From Candidatus Heimdallarchaeota archaeon (GTDB lineage Archaea; Asgardarchaeota; Heimdallarchaeia; Hodarchaeales; Hodarchaeaceae): DNA of 64,000 nucleotides. This document shows, in pieces, positions 19,583-29,001 of this stretch. Every line of letters begins with the position of its first letter. Positions within the stretch are counted from its first letter, which is position 1. The stretch is taken from contig JBHLSH010000004.1 in NCBI GenBank assembly GCA_048881705.1, positions 34,015 through 98,014 on the forward strand, given 5' to 3'. Made by a program: the position numbers and the translations under genes. The notes below the pieces were generated by a model. The model was not told the DNA's origin, searched no databases, and saw only the letters and a program-made list of their open reading frames with translations.

Positions 19583-22135
19583 TCAGACTACCCTTTCTTT
19601 GGTGGCTTCAGCCAAGTTTAGGCGGAGAGTATTTCGCAATGGAAAATATTGAGCAAGCAGGATCCCAGAGAATGTCAATACAAAGCTTAGAAGCATTGTT
19701 TCGGTACTAATAAAGAGCTTGATCCGGAAAAATTCCAAATCAAGGATTACATCCATGAAAAACCATAACAAGAGCCAGCCAAAGATTAAACCAAAGAATG
19801 TTCCTATAATCGTAATGGTTAAGTTTTCCACGGTCACGTTCCTTACAATATTTCGGTTAGGAGTTCCAATGGTAAGTAAAGTAGCCAGCTCTCTTTGTTG
19901 TTCTTGAAGATTAATATAAACCGTATTATATACCATAGCTACTGCCAAAAGTACGGCAAAAAAGGCCACTACGTACATGATGGCATATATCACATTGAGA
20001 AGATCAACTAAATCGGTAGTTTGCTCAGCTCTTGTAAAAATGTTACGGACGTTAAAATCAAAAGATGTCCAGATGTTCTCACGAATGCTTTCTAGATTTT
20101 CTAACTTTGAATTTTCCAGTTTCAAAAGAATGGAGTTGGCAGGCGAGCCAGGAAAATTACTTTCCTCTTTGAGACGATCTAGGCCCACGTACGCCACTAG
20201 ACCATTGAATTCGTCCACGATGCCACTCACGGTGAATGTTACATTTTCCATCTCAAAATGGGCTCTTAAAGGGGCAGTACTAACCAGTTTCGTTAACTTG
20301 GGTAGTTCCAGGCTGACATTATCTCCTCTCCAAACCCCCAGCTTTTCGGCAACAGGAACTGAAAGAACAATACCCCGATTACTAAAATTACCTTCTTCAA
20401 AGACGAATTTATGACCATAATATCCATTAATCTCCTTGATTCCGATTAATTGAACTGTTTTTTCTTCTATGGACTTTGTTGACGTCACCGTTGCTCCCGA
20501 AAGCAAATGATACGTACCATTTGATACTCCATCTATTCTTACAAGTGCATTAACGATATCAGAGGCATTGGTGGGTACTTCATTAAAATCAATCCTCAAA
20601 TCCCAATCTTCAACCTCTGTATATTGGGTGACCAGTGCACGATTCATTGATTCGACCATTCCAAATCCCATTGTAACCAAGGAGACCGAAATCACAACAG
20701 CAAACACAGAGGAAAACAAACGCCTTCTGCTACGGAATATATTTCTGAGGGGAAGACGAAAACCAGTCACTCTGGGCTTGATCATGAATTTATTCAGAAT
20801 TCGCTCCACAAGTGGTACTCTTCCAGTAGTGATGTGGAGAGAAGGGTCAAATCGAAGGCTTTCTGCGGGAAGTGATTGTATAGCACCACGTACTGGCAAA
20901 TATCCTCCCAGCAGACCCGTTGCCAAACCCAAAAAGACTCCCACAACAACGATAGGCCATTCAAAGGTGACGCGAGCTGGAAAGGGTATCTTGATCACGC
21001 TTATGTACATTGGACTGAAGATGCTAGAGAATCCCACTCCCAAGAATACTCCGAGGATTGTTCCGATAATGGCTATAGTAAAACCAATTCCAACGTATTG
21101 AGTAATTATCGTTCGCCGACTGTATCCAAGGGCCTGCGCAACACCGATATCTTTTCGCTCTGCCACGACCATACGACCGAGGAGAACGTAAAGTCCCCCC
21201 ATTGCCATACCAAGGAGGATCAAAGGCAAAACAAATCCAAATTCCCTCGCCTCTTCTATATCCAGCCGAAGTAGATAATATGATACCTGTTTGTCTATAT
21301 CTATTGGTTCTCCTAATTTGAGATTGTGGTTTTCCTCAAGAAAATTCCTCATCCTGATCGCTATGCTCTCACGGGTCGTTGCAGTCAGAGAAGAGTCAAG
21401 TCTGACCGAAATCTCGTTTACTTTTCCTGGTACACCCAGCAAAAGCTGGGCAGCACTTAAAGGCATAAAGATGACGCCAAATCGACGGGGGCTTGGAAGA
21501 ATATCTGCATATGAACCCATGTTCATCAAATACTCGGGGGATGCGATAATCCCTTCAATCTTGAATACCGCTTTTTCGTCTCCAACCGCGATGTACTCGT
21601 TTGGTTCTAGTTTCCAGTACTCAGCCAGATGTGCTTCGACATGACTGACGTTCTGATATTGGCTTAGGGCCGAAAAATCGTTACCAGACAGAAGTTTATA
21701 CCCATTAACTTTCGGCTGTGTACGAAATTTCCCCAGCAAATCTGTTGTACTATATGCAACAATTCTTCCGTTCTGGCGATTACCCCGTATCTCAAAAACT
21801 GTGTCATAAACAATCCGAAGTTCAAAATCCACGATTCTTGATTCTTCTTCAGCAAATTCTGTTAGATAACTAGTTAAATTCCCATAATCAATCCAAGCAT
21901 CGCTCCCAGAGCCTCCTGGATTTGCTGTTTGAACAGTGAAACTTGCCATATCATAATCGTTGAATGCTCCTTGATACGTAGTATCTAGATGGACGAAGGC
22001 AGAAAGTAAACTTATGAATGATACTATTCCGACGGCGATGATCAGAGCAATAGACAGAAATCGGATTTTATTGGCATTAATTGCCCTAAAAATGTTTTTC
22101 AATGTTTTTGCCATAATTCCTCGCCAGGTTACCAA
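19583..22135 (-). CDS. MacB/FtsX-type ABC permease with two fused permease repeats
   Basis: Two FtsX halves (ERKDIGVAQALG; QQRELATLLTIG) with large extracellular domains. Confidence 0.88.
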   Translation of the reverse strand: MVTWRGIMAKTLKNIFRAINANKIRFLSIALIIAVGIVSFISLLSAFVHLDTTYQGAFNDYDMASFTVQTANPGGSGSDAWIDYGNLTSYLTEFAEEESRIVDFELRIVYDTVFEIRGNRQNGRIVAYSTTDLLGKFRTQPKVNGYKLLSGNDFSALSQYQNVSHVEAHLAEYWKLEPNEYIAVGDEKAVFKIEGIIASPEYLMNMGSYADILPSPRRFGVIFMPLSAAQLLLGVPGKVNEISVRLDSSLTATTRESIAIRMRNFLEENHNLKLGEPIDIDKQVSYYLLRLDIEEAREFGFVLPLILLGMAMGGLYVLLGRMVVAERKDIGVAQALGYSRRTIITQYVGIGFTIAIIGTILGVFLGVGFSSIFSPMYISVIKIPFPARVTFEWPIVVVGVFLGLATGLLGGYLPVRGAIQSLPAESLRFDPSLHITTGRVPLVERILNKFMIKPRVTGFRLPLRNIFRSRRRLFSSVFAVVISVSLVTMGFGMVESMNRALVTQYTEVEDWDLRIDFNEVPTNASDIVNALVRIDGVSNGTYHLLSGATVTSTKSIEEKTVQLIGIKEINGYYGHKFVFEEGNFSNRGIVLSVPVAEKLGVWRGDNVSLELPKLTKLVSTAPLRAHFEMENVTFTVSGIVDEFNGLVAYVGLDRLKEESNFPGSPANSILLKLENSKLENLESIRENIWTSFDFNVRNIFTRAEQTTDLVDLLNVIYAIMYVVAFFAVLLAVAMVYNTVYINLQEQQRELATLLTIGTPNRNIVRNVTVENLTITIIGTFFGLIFGWLLLWFFMDVILDLEFFRIKLFISTETMLLSFVLTFSGILLAQYFPLRNTLRLNLAEATKERVV

Positions 22136-22854
22136 GAAATTTGATTAGCATCTAGAGGATTTTGTGTTTCGACGGAGTCGACCTCTCCAGACCGTAACCT
22201 TACAACACGATGTCCTATCTGGGCAATCTTTTGATTATGAGTAACTAACAGCACAAGGATCTCTCGCTGCCTATGGGTTACCATTTCCTGAATCACGGAA
22301 AGAACTTTCCTCCCTTCTTTAACTGAAAGTTCACCGGTTGGTTCGTCGCATAATAAAATTTGAGGTTCTTTTGCGAAGGCCCGTGCAGCCGCAACTCGTT
22401 GCTGTTCTCCCCCAGACATCTGACTAGGAAAATGGTAGGCTTTTTCATCCATCCCGACAGCTTTAAGATACTCAAATGCCTTTTTTTCGACTTGTCTCCT
22501 AGCTTTAATTTGACCAGCCAACTCTACAGAATAAGAAACATTCTCCAGGGCGTTATAAATGGGTAAGAGATTGAAGAATTGAAATACAAATCCGCAGTTA
22601 GTCCTTCGAAACTTGCCCAAATCCTTATTACTTAGTTCTGTTATCGAAAGATCACCAAAACTGATTCGTCCCGATGTCGGACGATCGATGCCACCGATGA
22701 CATTCAATAATGTAGTTTTACCGGAACCAGATGGCCCCAATACAACCGTAAGCTCACCTGGATCTAATTCCAAAGAAACCCCAAAGAGGGCAAAGATTTC
22801 ATGACCACCCATTTGATAGGTTCTGCTGACAGCTTCCAATTCGACAAGGCCCAA
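22129..22854 (-). CDS. LolD/MacB-type ABC ATP-binding protein
   Basis: [26 protein letters not shown]. Confidence 0.92.
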   Translation of the reverse strand: MGLVELEAVSRTYQMGGHEIFALFGVSLELDPGELTVVLGPSGSGKTTLLNVIGGIDRPTSGRISFGDLSITELSNKDLGKFRRTNCGFVFQFFNLLPIYNALENVSYSVELAGQIKARRQVEKKAFEYLKAVGMDEKAYHFPSQMSGGEQQRVAAARAFAKEPQILLCDEPTGELSVKEGRKVLSVIQEMVTHRQREILVLLVTHNQKIAQIGHRVVRLRSGEVDSVETQNPLDANQISW

Positions 22855-22887
22855 TGGGTAACCACTCAGTATTTTGATTCAAAGGGA

Positions 22888-23295
22888 TTAAAGACCAACA
22901 ATACCCGGATCATACTCTTTTACTACCTTCGTTCCTTGTTTTAGGAAAAAGAAACGGCGTAAGTGTAATAGAAAAGCTCTTTTCGTGGATTCGTTCTCCG
23001 TAGTTACCACTCGCAATCCTAGTACCAATTTACCGATGCTTTGGCCATCTAATAGGCCGGATACGAAGATATGGTATATAGGGAAAAAAATGACAAACCA
23101 AAGAATTATTCCGTAATCTAGAAGGAACGGTTTCAGATCAAACGGAAGAATCTTGCTCCAAAGAATATCATATTCCCAAATGGCACCATAGTGCGAAATG
23201 ATCGCAATCACAATTCCGATCATGGCATCGATAGCCAGGGCAAGGATTCGATTCATCATAGATGCTTCTATTAGTTCAATCCTTTCTTTTGACAT
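22888..23295 (-). CDS. RDD-family membrane protein
   Basis: RILALAID and GQSIGKLVLGLRVV, hallmark RDD motifs. Confidence 0.8.
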   Translation of the reverse strand: MSKERIELIEASMMNRILALAIDAMIGIVIAIISHYGAIWEYDILWSKILPFDLKPFLLDYGIILWFVIFFPIYHIFVSGLLDGQSIGKLVLGLRVVTTENESTKRAFLLHLRRFFFLKQGTKVVKEYDPGIVGL

Positions 23296-23314
23296 TTTAT
23301 TTCAGCTCTGAGGT

Positions 23315-25351
23315 TTAAGATGATTCTTTCTTATTTTTTCTAGCCATTTTACGAGAAAATGGCCTTAACATGATGACTAGGCCCATTAAACCAAATAGGA
23401 ACTCAAATCCTGATATTTGGCCCCCTCCTGGGGTAACTTCCCGCAGACGTGTGGTTCTCCCCGTCTCTCGGAGAGCAAAAAAGGTAACATATCCTTCAAT
23501 CGTTGCTTCCCAGGAATGGTGTATTTCATTATAATTGGTGTGAACTTCCGCCCATTTTTGATCCGCGTCATTCCATGCCTCCCATTCATGTACAGGGAAC
23601 GTTGAGGTATTTTCAGCTGATTCTATCGAATACTCAAGAGTAATGAAGAGCAATTCAGTGGGATTCGAACAGACAAATTTTACTATGAAGGCATGAGAGG
23701 GACTTAGTACTGGAAAACTCTCGTCGACTGTCTTTGTAAGATTAAATTCTTGGTAAACGCTAGAAGTCAGGGTAAGAATAAACCAAGGACTCCCCGTAGC
23801 ATCTACTACAACGAGTCGTTTAGGCTTGTAAGCCTCCAATTTCCAAGTCCACTCAAAAGCGCTCGTATAAATGCTAAAGATTATCAATTTTTGAGCTGTA
23901 TTATTCGCTTCGTCTGTACCATATAATATTAAGCGGTAGGTCCCGTTTGAAAGATTTGGTAACAAGATCGAATGATTAGAATTCTCCGTTGTACTAAAAC
24001 TTACGATTTTGAAAGGTTCCAATAAATAAGAGATTTTGCCATCTTCTGACATTGAAACGGTGAGATTTAGGGTCCCTTTTATTACGGATCCGTTCACAAA
24101 GCCATGAATGTTTAATATAGGTTTGGTATTATCAATGAAAAAGACGTATCGAGCCCTTGTCCAAACATCTTCGGCAGGATTTATAACGAAGACTTCCAGT
24201 ATTCTAATTCCCTCAATGAGTGGGGAGAAGACAGGAACCACCTCCCCGTCCGTTAAGGTTACGTTTTGAGTTCCATTCCAGCTATAGAGAAAAGAACCAT
24301 TGCTTGTCGTAAACGAGACGTTAATTGTGTCAGAACCTTTAATCCTGCTTCCATTGACCGGATTATTAAGGATAACACCTGGAACAGAATCATCGGTCAA
24401 ATACCGATAATAATAGGCATTCTTTAACCCCAAACCGTCCACTGCCGTTATAAATAGATCATGGAAGGTATTTTCTGAGGGAAGAGGAAGTAGAACAGAG
24501 GTATTAGCCCCATCATCCCATTGATAGTACGCTTCAGATATTCCATATGGAGACGATATTATTGGAACAAGTATGGTTCCAGAAGGGAGAACAGAGCCAT
24601 TCTTGGGAGACAATGTCATTGAAGGGCCTGTATAGCCTGTGGGGAGTTCTCCAAATGCTGCGTAAGTCAAATTATAGTAAAAAAGAGATATATAAGACAT
24701 ATTCAAGTTCAGGAATAATCCATATGATGAATAGGTAATGTTAATCCAGCTGGGAGGACTTAATTCAGCCTCCAGAATCCAAGTATTGAATGCCCCAACA
24801 TTTGGAATGGTAGCTATTCCACCATCATACACGGTCAAATTTATGCCTCCCCACTTGAATAGATAACCATCATAGAATCCAGAAGTATTTATCCAGAAGT
24901 CAAAGGTATCCTGCGCTAATCCAAACGTCCAATCATAATAGTTTGATGCATTGTAGAAATGATCCAGGCTCGTTCGATTTACACTTGTTAGGAAAGGAGA
25001 GACAAAGGGATCGTTATTAGCGTCAAGAGACAAGGGATATTCACATTTTGTATCCCAGTGAGTTTTATTGAGCTTCAGAACTGTAACGTTGTAGTTCCCT
25101 TCGAACGTATACTGTGTTTCGAAGATACCACGGCTATATCTGTTCACCGTAAGGTTAGTTCTTGGCAGAAACGATTCATTGCCAGGTAGCGTTTTGGTTG
25201 AAAAACGATTACCAGATTTTTCTATAAAGAATGTTGATTCTGGTTCAGAATCATTAGTAAACGGAATCACGACAATATCTGATATAACCAAAACATGGGT
25301 AGAAGTTGAGAGTACCAGAATCGTTAGGAGGAATTTTAATAATTTCATCAT
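23315..25351 (-). CDS. Secreted surface glycoprotein with Ig-like repeats and a PGF-CTERM-like sorting signal
   Basis: Signal peptide; P-x-NGS-x-I-x-G Ig-like repeats; C-terminal ISGFE + TM + basic tail (RKMARKNKK); many N-x-S/T sequons. Confidence 0.65.
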   Translation of the reverse strand: MMKLLKFLLTILVLSTSTHVLVISDIVVIPFTNDSEPESTFFIEKSGNRFSTKTLPGNESFLPRTNLTVNRYSRGIFETQYTFEGNYNVTVLKLNKTHWDTKCEYPLSLDANNDPFVSPFLTSVNRTSLDHFYNASNYYDWTFGLAQDTFDFWINTSGFYDGYLFKWGGINLTVYDGGIATIPNVGAFNTWILEAELSPPSWINITYSSYGLFLNLNMSYISLFYYNLTYAAFGELPTGYTGPSMTLSPKNGSVLPSGTILVPIISSPYGISEAYYQWDDGANTSVLLPLPSENTFHDLFITAVDGLGLKNAYYYRYLTDDSVPGVILNNPVNGSRIKGSDTINVSFTTSNGSFLYSWNGTQNVTLTDGEVVPVFSPLIEGIRILEVFVINPAEDVWTRARYVFFIDNTKPILNIHGFVNGSVIKGTLNLTVSMSEDGKISYLLEPFKIVSFSTTENSNHSILLPNLSNGTYRLILYGTDEANNTAQKLIIFSIYTSAFEWTWKLEAYKPKRLVVVDATGSPWFILTLTSSVYQEFNLTKTVDESFPVLSPSHAFIVKFVCSNPTELLFITLEYSIESAENTSTFPVHEWEAWNDADQKWAEVHTNYNEIHHSWEATIEGYVTFFALRETGRTTRLREVTPGGGQISGFEFLFGLMGLVIMLRPFSRKMARKNKKESS

Positions 25352-25481
25352 GGCGCCATTCGATAAGATTCATTGAATCAGGACGTCTTTTCAAAGTTTG
25401 GCCACATTGTTGGCATTAGAATAACACTACCAACAACGCACTCTTGCAGGAAGAACCATACCCCATACAGATAAGTATATG

Positions 25482-25498
25482 TGTGTACAGTGTGCACA
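25482..25498. promoter_or_regulatory. Tandem 8-bp boxes TGTGTACA-G-TGTGCACA just upstream of a TTATAAA box; candidate RHH operator
   Basis: Sequence seen directly, about 30 nt upstream of the RHH gene start. Confidence 0.4.
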
Positions 25499-25528
25499 GG
25501 AGATTATAAACCCATTACAAGGTAGTTT

Positions 25529-25714
25529 TTGATGAAAACTTCCACGATCACAATTCGCCTGCCCCTAGAAACTCTCCATGAGATAGAGCGCTTATCTACA
25601 GTAACAAAGCTCCGACCCTCAGTATTGTGTGCTTACGTGTTGCAGGACAAATTACACCCCTGGGTTCGTGAATACATCGAACGCTTATCAAATGAACTGG
25701 AAGACTTGGAATGA
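25529..25714 (+). CDS. Small ribbon-helix-helix (CopG/Arc/MetJ-like) DNA-binding protein
   Basis: N-terminal alternating strand TITIRL followed by two helices; 61 aa; ATGA overlap with the next gene. Confidence 0.6.
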   Translation: MMKTSTITIRLPLETLHEIERLSTVTKLRPSVLCAYVLQDKLHPWVREYIERLSNELEDLE

Positions 25715-26457
25715 TCGAGATATTATTCTTTGCCAGCTCCCTAATATCTATTCTGGCGTTTGCAGCTATTAGCTTGTATTCTGGCTTGAAATTCTTTAAA
25801 GTTTGGCGTCTATTCCGTGAGGAGGCCTTATTCCATCTATTCACCCTCTCTCTAGGACTCGTGGTCTATTTTATCGTTATTAGCGGGCTGGTTTTATGGT
25901 ATGATCCGAGTTCATCTATAGTTATAATCGTTAGAATGATAAATCCCATATATTCGTTTTTATGCCTTGAAATGAGCTTATTCTATCTTTCGGCCTTCGT
26001 AAATAGGCGGATCATTCTGGAAAAATATATCCCGTGGACCTACGGCATCACATTTGGTTTGGCGGTGGCTTTGACGTTTGTTTCAGAAAATGATCCTTTT
26101 TATCCGGTTCTATTCTTAATATCGTTTGGATTTCCAATCTTATTGGTTGGTTTTATTGGCATACGGGTTTTGATGCGGATTCGAGAAATCATCCGGACCG
26201 AAGACATAGAAGACCTTAATAAAGCCTTTTTAAATTCGCTAATGATTGTTGTTCTCGCGTTAGGAGTGGGAGCAGGAAGTGACATTCTACTTCTTGCGTT
26301 ACTGATACTTAGCAACGCTGAATTTTGGTCCATACTGATTCTTCTTATTGGCATTATTGGACCGATAATTCTGGTCTCATTTACTTGGTTTATGCGCGAT
26401 TTTTTCCGAAATCTAGAGAAAGCAAACGTCCCACATCTGTTCAACATGTTAAGTTAG
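25711..26457 (+). CDS. Seven-transmembrane membrane protein of unknown function
   Basis: Seven hydrophobic segments by eye, a charged loop between TM5 and TM6, and a short amphipathic tail. Confidence 0.6.
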   Translation: MIEILFFASSLISILAFAAISLYSGLKFFKVWRLFREEALFHLFTLSLGLVVYFIVISGLVLWYDPSSSIVIIVRMINPIYSFLCLEMSLFYLSAFVNRRIILEKYIPWTYGITFGLAVALTFVSENDPFYPVLFLISFGFPILLVGFIGIRVLMRIREIIRTEDIEDLNKAFLNSLMIVVLALGVGAGSDILLLALLILSNAEFWSILILLIGIIGPIILVSFTWFMRDFFRNLEKANVPHLFNMLS

Positions 26458-26591
26458 AGTAAACGGTCACAATGAACTGCACTCTGGGGTAATAATGTAA
26501 TCGAGACCGAACAGAAATTTGGAGTATGAAACGCCTTTGAAATAACTTCTGCCGGGATTTTGGAGGCAAGTGGGAAGAAATGACCTCGTTT

Positions 26592-27812
26592 CTAAGCATC
26601 GATGTCAGTAAGTTCGATTAACTTTTGAGCCTCTTGGATTCTCTTTTGTATTGGGGGATGAGATGCGAATAGGAGAGTCTCCCACTTCGGGGGATTGATA
26701 TCAGTCAAATTTTGATCCCCTAGCTTGATAAAAAGACTTCGAATAGTTCTAAAGTCCGGAAAGAGGCTCGTTGCGAAATTATCCGCAGCTTGTTCAAGCC
26801 GTCGGGAATACCACGATCTTGGGATATTGAATACAAGTAAAGAAATAAGCGAGAAACTTAAACCGAGAATCGGAATATTACCAACGTTACCGATGTCTGT
26901 TGAATAATCAAATAATAATGCCAGAACTGGGAAAATTTGGGCAGTGAGAAAAAACAGGAGAAGAGTTGTAAATGATCCAATCAAAATTCCTCTCCATAGA
27001 TCCTTGTTTTTGAAATGTGCAAGCTCGTGTAAGAGAATCCACTTGATTTCTTGAGTAGTATACTGTTCTAGCATTGTATCTGAGACTATTATGCGTCTCG
27101 TATTACCCAGACCAAGTAGAGCTGCGTTTCCAGTAGTGCTGGTCTCTCCAAGATTCCAAATATATGCATCCGTGGTTTTCACTCCTTGCCGAGTAACCAC
27201 ATCGATTAGTTCTCCCGCAAGAGCTGGATAGTCATCCGCCAATGGTTTGAACTTATAGAAACGTGGTAGAAGGAGAATCGGAGCAAGATTGGCTAAAATA
27301 ACAGTGAATAATAAAGAAGCCAAGGCAGTTCCGAACCACCAAACATCTGGGTAGCTACGGAGAATCCAGTAAAAAACCTCAACGGTAACGATAGAGATCA
27401 CATATCCAATTCCCACCCGCTTCAAATACCGAAAGATCCATTGACGGTTTGTTAATTTTGATAGTCCGAACTTTCGCCCCAGCTGAATATGCAGATAGAA
27501 AGATATTGGTAGATCCCAAACAGAAATTACAATATACGCAAGTGAGAAGAACGTGGCCACAATAATAAAGGAATCAGTAGAGAATCCTTCCGTAATCCAG
27601 CCTTGGAAGTGAACAGTAATTCTGCTCAGAAGGACAAAGATTCCTAGAACTGCCGAAAGTATCCATAGAAGAAGACGATAACGTCGAGATTTTCTCCTGT
27701 AAAAACGGGCCATTTCTCTTCGTTCTGGATCGAATTCCTCAAGTAGCTGGGGAATGTGAGGTTTTTGATCAATTTCATTACCTTGACCCTCAAATACAGG
27801 TATCATTATCAT
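26592..27812 (-). CDS. M48 family zinc metalloprotease (Ste24/CAAX-protease-like)
   Basis: N-terminal TM domain, GNAALLGLGNTRRIIVSDTML, HELAH zinc motif, E-x-x-AD, SHPP-x-x-x-RI. Confidence 0.9.
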   Translation of the reverse strand: MIMIPVFEGQGNEIDQKPHIPQLLEEFDPERREMARFYRRKSRRYRLLLWILSAVLGIFVLLSRITVHFQGWITEGFSTDSFIIVATFFSLAYIVISVWDLPISFYLHIQLGRKFGLSKLTNRQWIFRYLKRVGIGYVISIVTVEVFYWILRSYPDVWWFGTALASLLFTVILANLAPILLLPRFYKFKPLADDYPALAGELIDVVTRQGVKTTDAYIWNLGETSTTGNAALLGLGNTRRIIVSDTMLEQYTTQEIKWILLHELAHFKNKDLWRGILIGSFTTLLLFFLTAQIFPVLALLFDYSTDIGNVGNIPILGLSFSLISLLVFNIPRSWYSRRLEQAADNFATSLFPDFRTIRSLFIKLGDQNLTDINPPKWETLLFASHPPIQKRIQEAQKLIELTDIDA

Positions 27813-28092
27813 AGTCCTTTAGTCGCCTTGGGAAATTAAGATTTTTAATGTTTTTCTCAGAAAATGCTCCCTCAAAGCGGTTAAGAGTATCTTAGGTTCG
27901 AGTTAACAACATAATTAAGGTCAAGGTACTCATTCTGATATGGAAGTCGACATTCTGATGAATATTTATCTGAAAGAACTAAAATATGATGTTTTAGATT
28001 CCCAGCTTCATTTAAAAATCCATTTCACAAAGCTTAAATTTCCTATTTAGGAAAAAATACAATAATATCCTCATTAATTAGGCGTTTTTATA

Positions 28093-29001
28093 ATGATGTA
28101 TTCCCACGCGCCGCATAAAATTCTATTCATGGGTCTTGGAGCTAGTGGGAAGAGTTCGATCCGCGCTGTTGTGTTTGAAGGTAAATCGCCCGAAGAAGTC
28201 AAGAACTATGATGCAACCATAAATTATTACAGGTCTGCAAAGACAATAATTGATGCTGCGTTTCAAATCTTTGACTGTGGGGGCCAGGAGAACTTTATTT
28301 CGGCCTTCATAGGAGACCAAGCAGAATTTATGTTTAATAACGTAAAGATTCTTTGTTGGGTAGTAGATGTAGGGGATCCTGATCAGATCTCAACATCGAA
28401 GTTTTACTTCGATCATGCTGTAAATCGGTTGGCAGAATATTCTCCTGAAGCGACGATCTTTTGTTTGTTTCATAAAATCGATTTACTCTTGCCAGAGATG
28501 GTCGGTAAAGTAGAAGCCACCATGAAAAAGTATTTCAATGCAGCGGGCAATTTTGACGTCCATTATTATTCTACTTCAATTTTCACTGAATCTATTTATC
28601 ACGTGATGGGTGAATTAATTCGTAAACTTATTATAAGGTCAGGTACGGTAAAAACCGTTTCTGAAGCAATACAAGATTTCGTTAACACAAATACTGAAAT
28701 CTCTGGTATAGCTTTATATACCGAGGAGGGCTTGCCAGTTCTTGAAGAAGGCTTTTTAAGCCAAAAAATCGTTTTACCTGCGAATTTATGGTTATCGAAT
28801 AAGAATAGGCTACGTAAAGAATTTAATATTTCCGATACCTATAAAACAGCTCTAGAGACCAAAAATTATCTTTTGATTTCACAACTGGTTAAAGGAAAAG
28901 AAACTTTACTCATTGCGGGAATAGCAGAAAAAACAGTACCTATTCAATTTTTGATGACAAAGATGGACCAATTTGCTGCGGTGTTGACCAATCTATTCTA
29001 A
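28093..29001 (+). CDS. Rag/Gtr1-like small GTPase with C-terminal roadblock domain (paralog 1)
   Basis: G1 GLGASGKSS, G2 ATIN, G3 DCGGQ, G4 HKID, G5 TSIF; C-terminal about 110 aa roadblock-like region (GIALYTEEGLPV...LLIAGIA). Confidence 0.9.
   Translation: MMYSHAPHKILFMGLGASGKSSIRAVVFEGKSPEEVKNYDATINYYRSAKTIIDAAFQIFDCGGQENFISAFIGDQAEFMFNNVKILCWVVDVGDPDQISTSKFYFDHAVNRLAEYSPEATIFCLFHKIDLLLPEMVGKVEATMKKYFNAAGNFDVHYYSTSIFTESIYHVMGELIRKLIIRSGTVKTVSEAIQDFVNTNTEISGIALYTEEGLPVLEEGFLSQKIVLPANLWLSNKNRLRKEFNISDTYKTALETKNYLLISQLVKGKETLLIAGIAEKTVPIQFLMTKMDQFAAVLTNLF

Noticed and set aside
25711-26457. 7TM protein as a microbial rhodopsin or heliorhodopsin
   Set aside because: No Lys in the seventh helix and no rhodopsin motifs.
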